NCBI GenBank assembly: GCA_051294375.1
Contig: CM119263.1
Location: 11,633,130-11,697,129 of the forward strand
Reading direction: 5' to 3'
Source of the DNA: Paraspadella gotoi
Taxonomy: Eukaryota > Animalia > Chaetognatha
Length of the DNA stretch: 64,000 bases
The notes under the pieces were generated by a model. That model was not told the DNA's origin, did not search any database, and saw only the letters and a list, made by a program, of their open reading frames with translations. This document shows positions 13,761 through 25,630 of the stretch, piece after piece. Positions within the stretch are counted from its first letter, which is position 1; each line of letters begins with the position of its first letter. Made by a program: the position numbers and the translations under genes.

Positions 13761-13864
13761 GAAAAAGTCGGTAAACGGCCAGCATTGCATTGAAAAAGTC
13801 GATGAACGGCCAGCATTGCATTGAAAAAGTCGATGAACGGTCAGCATTGCATTGAAAAAGTCGA
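13761..13864. repeat. 31-bp tandem repeat, ~3.3 copies
   Basis: GAAAAAGTCGATGAACGGCCAGCATTGCATT units start at 13761, 13792 and 13823, with a partial unit at 13854. Confidence 0.9.
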
Positions 13865-15832
13865 GACTGCTCCACAATGCCAGTGGGCGTGTCATTGAAC
13901 CTCATAAAAATGGGAAAAAAGGGGGGGAAACTTTCTCCGCGTGCAAAGAATCGAAGCAGCAGGTGCGAACGTGGAGATGCCGACAAATGTAGTCGAGCTG
14001 GAATAGAGGGAGGAGGAGAAAAAACAGGACTCAGCGACGCCATATTCGTTCTTGGCGGCGGCGGTGGCGGTCAGCGGCGGAAGAAGACAACAAACAAGAA
14101 TGAGAAGGGCTAAAAAAAAAAAGTAAGTTACGAAAAATCTTTACCACCTCATTCGCTTTTTTTCCCACCCTTTTTTTTTCTGTTGGTCGACATAGAGAAA
14201 GCCGAGTTCGTTCAAGTGTGAAAGGAGGATCAGTAGAGGCATGAGGAGTGAACGAAGGGGACAGGAGGTCAAGGCAAGTGAAGAAAGGGAAGGGAGGAGG
14301 AGGAAGAAGGGAAAGGATGAAAAAAAAAAGGGAAATGGGGGATTAAGAAACAGTCAGCAGAAAAAAAAACGAAACCTAAAGAACGAAAGAAAATTAGAAA
14401 CTAAGAGAGTAAGAAGGAAGAAAAAAGGGAGACAAAAGGATAAAAATATCTGTAAACTAAAAAGTAAATAAGAGAGTAAATTGGAAAAAGATTTAAAACA
14501 AACGAACAAAATAGCCTCGTTCGCATTCAATCGAATAGAATCGATGTATTCTGACAAACCATATTCCGTTTGATGAAAAAGCTGATTAATTTTCGTAGAA
14601 ACCTTGGGAGGATTATCCAAAAAGCCTCGAAGAAACGGAAGTTGGAGGAAAAGAAGAAGCATGGCCGGACCGATTTGGCACTAAAAGGAAAATCAACGTC
14701 TTACGATGGCGACGAAAACTGATAATGGGAATTATCAAATTTACTTATAAAAGACGGCGTCTTAAAACAATTAATTAATAAACATAATAAATAAATTTCA
14801 TAAATAAACATGGAAATATAACAAAAAGCATCACAAAAGAAATGATTTCTTGAGATGAGATTCAAGGCCAAGTAGACCTGACGGATCCTTGTCGCAATAT
14901 ATATTATTATATATTATATATTATTATATATTATTATATATGGTAATCATTTCTTTACAGTTAAATGTGAAAAATCCAGCTAAATATATCATTGATATTT
15001 TAAACTTTGAACAAACGATAATATCAAAAGAATTAAACGGAAAGGATCATAATACATATAATAAAATACCTTCCTACAACACATCTTAATTAAATGTAGT
15101 TTTACCCGAGTTAAGAGAATTTGAGACGTAAGTTGGACAGAGCGACTGAAGGATCGACCAACCGACCGACCGACAGATCGATCGAAAACTACAACCGAAA
15201 GGAAAATTAATAATAGAGAATAGAGAACTAAAGGAATTTTTGCGGAAGCGGATTCGCGCAAATGGTTCGATGAAAAAGTCATGGATCATTCACAATCTGA
15301 TCTTTCCCCGGGGGGGTCACAATTAAACGATCTCATCTCCGAAGAAAAATGATTTTCCGGCCCCACGGGGAGTCAAACGGAAGGGGAAACGTGGACGGGG
15401 GGGGGGGAGGATGGGAAGCGGAAGAAAGGGAAAAAAAATTGGGGCAAAAGTGGGTGTTGAAAAATTAAAGAGAAGGAGAGAAGAGACCTGCAGAAGGGAA
15501 TGTGGTTAAGATACCGGTAAAAAAAAAGTGACGTTCATTAAAAAAGCGCGCCAAACTGTAACAGTTGTAATGTAGATGTCGTTGTGAAAAGTCTCTAAAG
15601 GAGGAGGCGAAGCGGTGAGGTTCGGGCGACGAAAAAGAAAAAAAAAGGCTCAGCGTCGCATCGCGAGTGCACGAGGATAGTCGCATCCCTTTTTTTATGG
15701 AGGAGTGAGCAGCAATGGGCTTTGGATGTTTTGATATCAGCTTATGGGCGATAACAAATTCTGAAAAGAGAATATTGGAACAAAAGCCAAAACAATAACA
15801 ACCAATGACCGATTAGGAAAAAGGCGACGATG

Positions 15833-15866
<34 letters not shown>

Positions 15867-16009
15867 ACGCGATTTCGTCGCGGGGATTTAATTTAAAGGG
15901 AGAATGAGCGGCTCTCGCTGACGATAAACTGATCGGTCCGAAACGCATTGTTTCCTTTTGAAAAATTGAGCCCATTATCGCTTGATTCGCCGACGTCCTC
16001 GTTTGAGTA

Positions 16010-16041
<32 letters not shown>

Positions 16042-17048
16042 GGGTTTAGTTTTGATCCTCGTCGTCGTTGCAGAGTCCTTCGCGTTGGAGAGAGAGGGAG
16101 ATAACCAACTCTTCATCTTTGGGCGAGAAAAACTGGCCACCTGGTAATGCCTTATGACCGCGTACGCCTACGCACGTCGGCGCGCGCAGAACGTGCTTCA
16201 TAAAACCACATCCTCGCATGCGTGCTCAGTAAAACCACATCCATGCAGGCGGACACCGACTCCCTCCGAGCGTCCATTATCTCCACTGATTATTCCGTCC
16301 GCCTCGTCAATGCGCTACATCTGTCGCTGTGTTGCCGTTCGAAGTTTTTCGGTTAAACCAATGACGCGACTTATTGCCCAAGGGAAGAACGAGCGACTCT
16401 ATTTAGAACGGGGACGTGGGTGCTTCGTCTTATGTAGTATTATTGTTGTCAGTTATTTTTATTATTATTTATTGTAATAAGTTCGTACTGCAAAAAACAA
16501 GGATACTAGTAGACATAGTAGTATTTTACGATTAATATATGGCAAGAAAATAAAATATTTAAAAAAAAAGATGATGAACAAAAAAAGAAAAACGTTGCAC
16601 CTCTTGTCGTATTCGGTGGACGAAACTCAGAAATCAAAAACAATTCTGATTGACGCCTTTCGCCCTCCGATAATCAAAAGGGGGGGGGGGAAGTCGAGAT
16701 GGAGCGTCACCCGCCACGCCACCCCGAGTCTGAAAGAAATATGGGACGAAATTAGGCAAAATTAAATGGGGCTTAACAAAGAGTAATGGTTTTTCGGGAG
16801 TCAGGTTTGCGAGAGTGTGTCGGGAACGATTTGCTCGGGAAGGAAAAGGAAAAAAAAAAAGAAATTAAATTTAAAGGAAAGAAAAATCGATTTAAAAAAA
16901 ATGAGGAAAGTTTAAAAAGAAGGATAAAGAGGCTGGAAAAAGAGGGGAAAAAGATTATCGGCAGAAAGGAAGAAGATCAAAAAGACTGAAGGAAAGGATA
17001 ACATTAGATAGGGGAAGGGGAAGGGGAAATAAAGAAAGTAAAAGAGTT

Positions 17049-17079
<31 letters not shown>

Positions 17080-17778
17080 GCTGATGGGAGAGAGAAAGAG
17101 AGAGAGAGGCTGATGGGAGAGAGAAAGGGAAAAGATAAGTAATATTAGGAGTGAGGAGGAAAAAGATTTGGGGAGGGAGTAAAATAAAAAAGAGAGAAAA
17201 AGGATAAAGAAAAAAAGAGGAGACTCAAGGAAACCCGAGATGTTTTGTCCCGGATTGAAAGAGCCCGAAATAGAAGATCCCTCGGTTTATTCTCAAGTGG
17301 CGCCGTTTTTTAGAACAAAACGGGCGAAGAAGCGGGGGATCTTGGGAATTATTTAGGCGATTTAATGTGAAGGAAGTCTTTTATTATAAATCATAGAAAT
17401 GCTAGAAAATGTGATTGTTAAAAATTATTCGCCGTTAATATTGTGGTTAATTCGTTTTGAAACGCTTTCATTATTTCGTGGAGATTCCCATTTAATTCCG
17501 TATTTCGGTGCCACTGTATCTTAGCAACCACAAACATTTTCGTTTTATTTCTTTTTCGCTCTCTCTCTGTAAAATCGCAGTCTTCCCTCATGACCCGAAA
17601 GACTTTAACCCTCAATCTTGAGCCATGATGACAAAATAAGATCCCTCTTTAGATCTGAAGGACGTCCTTTTAAGCTAAGGTTCGTCGAACGAAGGCGAGG
17701 AATGAAAGAAAAAAAAAGAAGGAAGAAAGCAACCCGAAAAGGAAAAAAAGGGAGCAAAAAAAAAAAAACAAAAAAGAA

Positions 17779-17814
<36 letters not shown>

Positions 17815-18381
17815 GGTCAAAAAAGAAAAAGGAAAAAAATGGGGCTGGTAAAGAAGAACGATGTAGGATGCATTTCAAATGATAAAAAGAATGGAGAGTG
17901 GATAAAGAAAAGATAAAAGGAACGGGACAGAATAAAACCCTGGGCATTTTTTATCCCAACTCCCGTCGTCCCGATTGAAAGAAAGAAAGAAATGAGAGAA
18001 AGAAAAGAAAGAAAAGGAATCACGGCGTATGAAGGGGATAAACGAATTTGGAGCAAAGAGAATTCTATAAAAATAAAAAATAAAAGAAATATTTGGGAAA
18101 AAACATAAAAGAGAATTCTGTATTCTTCGAGTCTCGACGTGAAAGGCAATCACAAAGGAGCAACCACAAGGAGGACCAAAAGGAAAAGGAAGAAAGGGAA
18201 AGTCGTGAAACGGTGAGAGACTTAAATCGAAAAGGAAAAGTAGAATAATAGACTGTGATTCTCTTTGGCGTTGAGGGAGACGGAAAATCAAGTAAAATAA
18301 ACTTCAATGATACAAACATAGGAACAGAACTTAAATCGCCGAATGGAGACTTGTCGTTGTTCAAAGTCCTTTCATTCTAAA

Positions 18382-18545
18382 AACAAGAACGGTAATTCCA
18401 ATGTGTTTCGACGCAGTAGCTTACTTTCTGGGTGTTTACGACATGTCCTGCATCGGAAATTTTATTCTTTATATCAATTCTATAAATTCTTTAAAAACAA
18501 AAGTTGCGCTGTCGCTTAGATTTGAGGTTCTTTATGTATAAACAA
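18382..18545 (-). mobile_element. Partial DINE-1/Helentron-like non-autonomous element
   Basis: AACAAGAACGGTAATTCCAATGTGTTTCGACGCAGT end shared with 28590, 24935 and (reverse complement) 48284. Confidence 0.6.
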
Positions 18546-19282
18546 GTAAGTGTAGCAGTAGTATTTCATACCCCGCTACTCGTCCGATAATCAGCAGCAC
18601 CTATGACTCGGGTTCGCGCCCTGCTGATTCACACAAGTATAAGCCGTAAAAGCCTAAACCCTGTTGGTGAATGTTATTTTGTCCGTGGTATGTTACTTTC
18701 TTATTAAATCATACAAATGGAGTAAGTTCTTCCTCTACTAAAACAATATTCGCAACGAGTCCAAGAAAAAATTAGTTTTACGACTACAAGAAATAAAAAG
18801 AAAGGAGTTGAGAAGGGAAAATCCTCACCTGAGGCACATAACTTACTTTCTTGTGAGTGACGTCATCTTTGTTTTCGTGGTCGTCGTCGTCGTCGTCGAG
18901 TTACTTCGGGTGCAAGGATGATGACGATCAGACACTTTACATTACTAAGTATATTCGAGCTTTTTCGACTTTTTGACTGAACTTTAAACTTAACTTTCGG
19001 TGGTGAATTAATTATGAAAAATTATAAAAATTATAAACACGCCAGAAATGGGGTTAAGGTGGGAGCCAAATTTTGTCAGGGTACATACGTTGCGAACGTC
19101 GAACATTTTCTTCCTCATGGAAACGCCCATGAAGTATGATACCGCCATGACAAAGTATTTTTGATTCTCTTCTCAATTTTGTTTTTACTTAGACGATAGA
19201 ACTGACAGCATAAAACATTTCCACCCACAAGGCATCATCGTTACGAGGTGAGCTATCACGTGATTGTAGAAAAGAAGTTTAG

Positions 19283-19540
19283 TATGGCAAAGTGGGGACA
19301 TGTATGATGCTCGGGGTGTGAGGCATCTCCCTACAGCTGGCTCTCAGAGCTCTGGAGCTGCAGCGATAACCCCACGTCACTGGCGTGTTTATGCTTACAG
19401 CATCACACTTTAACCAGCGTGACCGTGAGGGGATTGAACCCGGAACTCACGGTTGGTGAACGGGTACTTAGCTGTCCATGCCAATGGGACGAAGTGCGGT
19501 TCACCAAGCTATACGGGAGGCGAATTTTGGATTCACCACA
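19283..19540 (-). mobile_element. Solo-LTR-like element (258 bp) containing a Pol III B-box/T-arm-like motif
   Basis: Minus-strand termini TGTGG...TTGCCATA; perfect 4-bp TSD TTAG (19279-82, 19541-44); GGGTTCAATCCC motif; shares CGCCAGTGAC, GAGATGCC, GCATCA and TTGCCATA blocks with 47105-47359. Confidence 0.75.
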
Positions 19541-19734
19541 TTAGGATATTTTTTTTACCTTGTATTCTGTCGAGTTGAGAAGCTCGTTTTATTCTCACGG
19601 CGTTTTTATTGTTATAGACTTCAGCTACAACAAGAAAAGACGAGGAAATTTTAGCAGAGACGGATTCTGAAAAGACCTTGGCTACGAAGATAAAAGAGAC
19701 GTAAACTTATTGGGTTATTTGTACTCCCTCTCTC

Positions 19735-19765
<31 letters not shown>

Positions 19766-20157
19766 CTTTCTCTCTCTCTCGCTCTCTCCTTTTATCTTTC
19801 AGCGTTTCCGGGCCCGCTCTCCCCTCCTTTCTACGTCGTCTTCTGTATGTCAACCATCTGCAACTGACAAGCGAAACGAAAACAACTGCGATATTTTTTT
19901 CATATTTTATATTTTTTGCTTCGGAAGATTCGTTTTCATCTAAAAGTTTCCCTTTTTGTTTCTTTTTTTTTAGTTGCCGAGTCAGTTTTTTTTTATTTTT
20001 TGTCAGTTACTTTGTCTTTTCTTATTTCTTGTTCGATTGAGCGAAGCAGCTGATTTTTCGTTTACCAATTCATTGATTTCTCAGATTTCTTTCTTGCATT
20101 TTGCATTGTTCATTCATTTGTTACTGTGGAGGTCGCTCTAGATAGGAGAGTTTCGAT

Positions 20158-20194
<37 letters not shown>

Positions 20195-20221
20195 CTCTCT
20201 ATCTCTCTCTCTCTCTCTCTC

Positions 20222-20252
<31 letters not shown>

Positions 20253-20976
20253 ATTCTCATTATTAATTTTTCTCCGATTTATCTTTGTTCGTTCACCCGT
20301 TCGATTTGGTTTCGCAGTTCAACTGGAGGGCGTTTCCTACTTCACGTGGACTTAGCAGGAAATTTCATTTCGGGAGGAGACTCACCCCACTGCCTTACCC
20401 ACATGCCTTACCCCCTTCTGCGCACCAGTCTCCCCGTTCCGCCCTCCTTTCCCGTCTTCTAGTTCTCGAGTGCTTTGTTAGTGATTACGTCTCAGCCGAC
20501 GGTGGACCTTTTTGCCTAATCCTCTTCTCCTTTTCTTTTTCTTTTAAAATGTAAATTAGTTCGTTGTTATAGTAGTGTGGACTTGAAACTTGTTGCGCCC
20601 ACAGTATCCATATTATACCTGCGTGCGTTTAAACACAACACGCCCTTTCGAATATTATAAATATATCATCCTCTTATAGCAAGAGGCAGGAAACTAATGT
20701 ATTTCGAGCTCAATGGATCGTAAGAAAATTAGAGAGAGGGAGAGAGGGAGAGAGAGAGAGAGAGAGAGAAGGAGAGAGAGAGGAGAGAGAAGAGAGATAG
20801 AGAGAGAGAGGACAGATTCAGAGACATAATAACAGAGAGTGACATCGTCAGTGAAATTGAGACAGAGAGCAAGAAAGTCTCCTCCTTCTTAGTTGAGACC
20901 CTTTTGTAAATGAACATGAACAGTTTTGAATCTTTTGTGATACATTCATCATTTATTGTCTTTTCGATTCTCGGAA

Positions 20977-21133
<157 letters not shown>

Positions 21134-22261
21134 TCTCTCCCTCTTTCTAACTCTCGCCTGTTTTTTCTTTCTTTATTCGCTCCTCATTCGTCCGTGGTTA
21201 ACCCAAGGCCAAACAGAATGGGATGCCGAGTCAGAATCGAGACGCTAAACCACCATCAATCGGCGAACAAACCTCGTTTCCGCACTCAAAACTCTTTATT
21301 ATATAAAAGCGCAATCCTTCTCTTCTTTTTCCACGAAAGGTAAGTTCTTCTTTGTCACTTCTCTTCTTCTTGACGACGGGGCTGGGAGTGGGCAATAAAG
21401 ATAAGACAAGATAATAAAGTTCAGTCACGACTTATATTGGGGAATATTACGATAGTTACATAGATTAAATAGTTACATACACGTTCATAGATTTTAAAAT
21501 TTTGCCTCATTCGTAGGAAAAGATTCGGAATGACTACGACGACGATTACGACGAAGACGACGAGACGACGAGACGACGATTCTGAGAAACTTGGAGTGTC
21601 AACCGCCAGACTCCATAAAACCCGACCTTCTCTCTCCTGCGATGTTATAAGTTCGCTGATCAGTTTCTACTCCCACTCGCTTGCTTTCTTTCGTATTTCA
21701 CTCGCCACCTTCAGTACGAACGCCGTCGTCGCCACCCAGTTGGCGACCACACCGAATCCTGAGAGACAGAGTCCCGACTCCCGACCACAACTGCCTCCAC
21801 AACCTGACGACCTCTGGCCGGCGGAGACTCTTGAGGTCAATGCTTGGGCCAAAACAAAGAAGCGAGAAGAAACGGCGGGAAAGAATTTGAAGGGAAAGGA
21901 GCCAGGGTAAGGAGATAAGGATGATAAGTATTTGGTTGGTATTATTGAACCTCTGTTTACACGAAAAAGAGAGATGGTTATTTTTAGAATCAAATTCGAA
22001 ATGGTACTCTCTATAAACATACTGCTTTATTTAAGACCGGATGGGTGTTTAACGTTTTTTTTTAACAAGCGACAATGATTACCATAAAATGAGAAAACTT
22101 AACATCTAAATAAAAAGAACCAAATTTTAAGGAAGGCAAGCTGCTAAAGCCTTGCCCATACGCGTACCAAGACAATTTCCAACATAAGTACCTTATTAGC
22201 GCCTCTAATTACCGGAAAAAAGAAAAAGCGATGGGGCGGGAGAGAGGGTGATACAGAGAAA

Positions 22262-22302
<41 letters not shown>

Positions 22303-23518
22303 AAAAAGAAAGAGAAAAAGAAAGAGAAAAGAGAAAAGAAGAAAGAAAGAAGAAAAAAGAAAAAAAAAGAAAGAAAGCAGGACAGACAGACAGACAGACA
22401 GACAGACAGAAAGAAAGAAAAGAGACAGAGTCAGAAAAGAGATAGAGACAGACAGATAGAGACTGAGAGGCTCTCGTTCCAATCTCGCAGAATTGGCGTC
22501 TGTCAATTCGCCATCTGCGTCGAATAGCGTCAACGTCATCCGTAATCAAGTTGCCATGACGACGAGGAAGACGACGAGAAGCATGACGACTTCAACGACA
22601 ACAACGACGACGAAGGCGCGAATTTTTACCGGTTTCAGGGGAGGAATAAACGCCAGGGTCGACGAATCGACGCCTCAGAGAAAAAGGAAGAGAGGAGAAA
22701 GAATTTGAAACTTAAATACGAATCTAAGAGAAGGAAAAGAAAGGAACTCACCGGCAAAAGAGAGGGACAAAGAAAATAGGACAAAAATAAGCTAAAGAGC
22801 ATGAGGCATAATCATTGATTATTAAGCTATGAGCATAAGAGCAGAACAGCTTAATAAAATAAAAAAAAGGCGAGAAAAAAAAAAGCCGGAAGCAGATAAA
22901 CCGAAGAAGTTAAGACGATAAAATAAAGACAGGCGTCGCCGATCGATCGAGACTCCGCCTACTTCCGGCCGTCCGCCGCCCGCCGCCCGGCGCACGCCGC
23001 CGACCGACAATCGCTCCTCTTCCGCCGACCAGATGGCGATTCCATTATTAATTTTCCCGCCTTCAATTAGAACGAGGGAATTTTTCCTTTTTAAAAAAAA
23101 AAAAAAAATTCTCACTTTTTTACTTAAAAAAAAAAAAAATTCCGGTTCTTTTCAATTTCTACGCAAATTTTCCCACGAGGTTTATTTATGGCCGGAAATA
23201 AGGAGGAAAGAAAGGACGCTGACGATGGTGGATGGTGGCGGGAACGGGGAGCGGAGGCCGAGTTGGAAAATATTTTCAGTCGGCTCCCTCCGAATTTTCT
23301 CGCGCTACAAATCTTTGCAAAATTATGCGAGAGCTTCTTATTTTCTCCCGTTTTGTTTCCGCCATTCCTCTGTCTGTCTGTCATTCTCTGTTGCGCGTTC
23401 TCTCTCTCTTTCTCCTTTATTCTCTCTCTCACTCACTCACACTCTCTCTCTCTCTCTTCACCGCCTTAAAACCCCTCTCCCTTCACAAACCCTTTCAATT
23501 TAGATGATTAACATCAGT

Positions 23519-23528
23519 NNNNNNNNNN
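23519..23528. other. Assembly gap (others at 32031-32185, 34520-34529, 61889-61913)
   Basis: Runs of N. Confidence 1.
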
Positions 23529-23691
23529 AATCACCCGCATGATTTTAATTTGATTATCGATAATCGAATCGACATTAAAAAGTTAAATCGCGACAATTAA
23601 ATCAGAACAACATAATTTAATACGACAGAGGCGAGTCGAGGAAAACCCTCTCTTTTCAGAGATGCCACACAATCTATTCAAAAATCCGGCT

Positions 23692-24176
23692 TCAGAGGCA
23701 AATGCTGCAGAGGAATTTTCCGCAATCGTTGAGGCAGTAGTTGACGCATTTGTTTGTCCAAGGGTACTGCGCGTTAGAGCCCCAGTTGTTGCTCGAGTCC
23801 CAGGAGTTACCGAAGTTATGGTTGTTGATGCTGTTGATGTTATTGGCGTTATTATTGTTATTATTGTTGTTGTTATTATTGTTGTTATTGTTGTTGTTGT
23901 TATTGCTTCGCTTTTCAATATCTTCCTCTTCTCTTTTTCCCCATCCGCCTCCTCCGTTGTTGTTGTTGTTGTTGTTGCAGAAGCTGCAGTCGCCCTTATA
24001 ATCGTTGCATTGCTTCATGCATTCGAAGAGGCAGTCCTTGCGACATCCGTAACAATAGTTGACCTTCATCCAGTAGAACATGTTATTGTTGTTATTGTTG
24101 TTATTGTTGTTGTTATTGTTGTTATTATTATTGTTATTGTTATTGTTAGATTCCACGGAGAAAACCATCAGCAGGC
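23692..24176 (-). CDS. Exon 2 of a secreted Asn/Cys-rich prepropeptide (173 aa total)
   Basis: Polypyrimidine tract plus CAG acceptor at 24177/24176 (phase 1). Encodes GLLMVFSVES-N22-MFYWMKVNYCYGCRKDCLFECMKQCNDYKGDCSFC-N7-GGGGW-GKR-EEEDIE-KR-S-N19-...KCVNYCLNDCGKFLCSICL-stop. ATTAAA about 70 nt past the stop. Confidence 0.85.
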
Positions 24177-24934
24177 CTGGAATGAAATGAGAATGAAAAA
24201 TGATCACATTGAACAAAAAGAAGGCGACTCGCTCATCCCAATACCGACACAGAATCCCGTTAATGTACATTCTCCAAACATTTGGTTTTCCCCTTATAAT
24301 AATATTCGTTTCGTATATGGGATTGAGGTCTCCCTTTTAATTTCTCTGATCGCTTCTTTTCTTCTTTCTCTTTAATTCTTCCATTTCATTCGTCCACTCG
24401 GTCCTTCCATTCTTCACTTCTTTTTCCGCTCAATATTGGTTCGTAATTCTCGGAAGCCGCCACTTCCGCCACGGTTGCCGCGGAGACGGGTAAACAAACA
24501 AAGAATAAACAAATGAAGAAAAGCACGAAACGTGAAGCAAACGATCAGATAAATAAAGAAGGAGAAAGACAATTGCAAGAATTGAAAGGACTCGTGAGTC
24601 AGCAACGTCAGCTTCGGCAAAGTTAGAACCCACATAAAACACTATTTTATTTTTTTAAGAAGAAAAAAAAACTTTTTAAATATTGTTACATCTTTTGATT
24701 TTTGAAAGTCCGAGATTAAAAATAGATAGATAGATACATAGATACATAGATACATAGATAGAAAAATAAACCTCTCTTTTCGTGATTGACAAATGAACCG
24801 TTTGACGGTTGACAATTATATTATCCGCACGATCCGACCCAAATTCCGAAACCCGGTCACATCCACAATAAATCAGGGAAACTCGTTCGAGCCCAAAGAA
24901 CCCACAGAGTCAGTGACTCCTCAAAGTGAAAAAA

Positions 24935-25347
24935 AAAGAACGGTAACTCCAATGAGTTGCGCCGCAGTGACTTTATTTTTACATGCATTTCCCTTTGATC
25001 ACATAATATGACATGATATAAAAGTTCAGCGGAGAGAAGAAAAAGACAAAATGGCGAGGCATTATATTTTACAACATGACTAAAACCTTTTTTTGCCCGT
25101 GTATTTATGACATGTACTGAATCAAAATTCCGTCTTTTATTCTTTATAGTTTTAGGAATTCCTGAAGGTGGCGCAAGCAGCCCCTTAAAATTGAGGTTCT
25201 TTTCTGTCTTAATAAATGAGCAAGCAACTATAGGAAAATTCTATGCATTTTCAACATAAGTGGGACAGACCAACGGACAGACATACCGACAGACCGACCG
25301 AAAAGTGACTTACAGAATTGCTCCGCGAGTACTCGCGGCGAAACTAA
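24935..25347 (-). mobile_element. DINE-1/Helentron-like non-autonomous element (in the intron of the prepropeptide gene)
   Basis: AAGAACGGTAACTCCAA end, (GACA/GACC)n microsatellite and terminal palindrome CCGCGAGTACTCGCGG; colinear with 28590-28972. Confidence 0.7.
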
Positions 25348-25597
25348 TAATCCGCTTTCGCTTTGATGCGACGGTGAGAAAATTCGATGGCCAACGTCCA
25401 AAGAGTTTCACGCTTCTCGCTTCAGCCTCACAAAATCAAAGAACGATTAAATCAATTGATCGAGGAGCGAGATTCCGTTGTTTCAATCATTTCCTCCTTT
25501 TAAAGGAACCTTCAAGTTTCGTATTTTCCGCCCTGACGGAGAACCTCAAACAATGTTCGACCACATGAACATTCGTCATAAATCAGTCGGGCTTGAA

Positions 25598-25630
<33 letters not shown>

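Noticed and set aside
13761-13864. 31-bp direct repeats as a CRISPR array
   Set aside because: No spacers, no cas genes, eukaryotic context.
18551-18700. Another TGT-starting hairpin-rich segment with GGGTTCGCGCCC
   Set aside because: Resembles the mini-LTR architecture, but no 3' boundary, TSD or second copy was found.
21517-21906. Candidate + strand exon (TAG acceptor, GTAAGG donor) overlapping a 126-aa ORF
   Set aside because: No similarity to afadin or any family I recognise; splice-like sites alone are insufficient.
23662-24375. 237-aa Val/Ile-rich + strand ORF that looks like a membrane protein
   Set aside because: Antisense shadow of the AAC/AAT poly-Asn exon on the minus strand.
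24386-24544. Minus-strand frame resembling a signal peptide plus ...EPILSGKR neuropeptide
   Set aside because: Preceded by an in-frame stop with no ATG or splice acceptor; the hydrophobicity comes from a T-rich intron tract.
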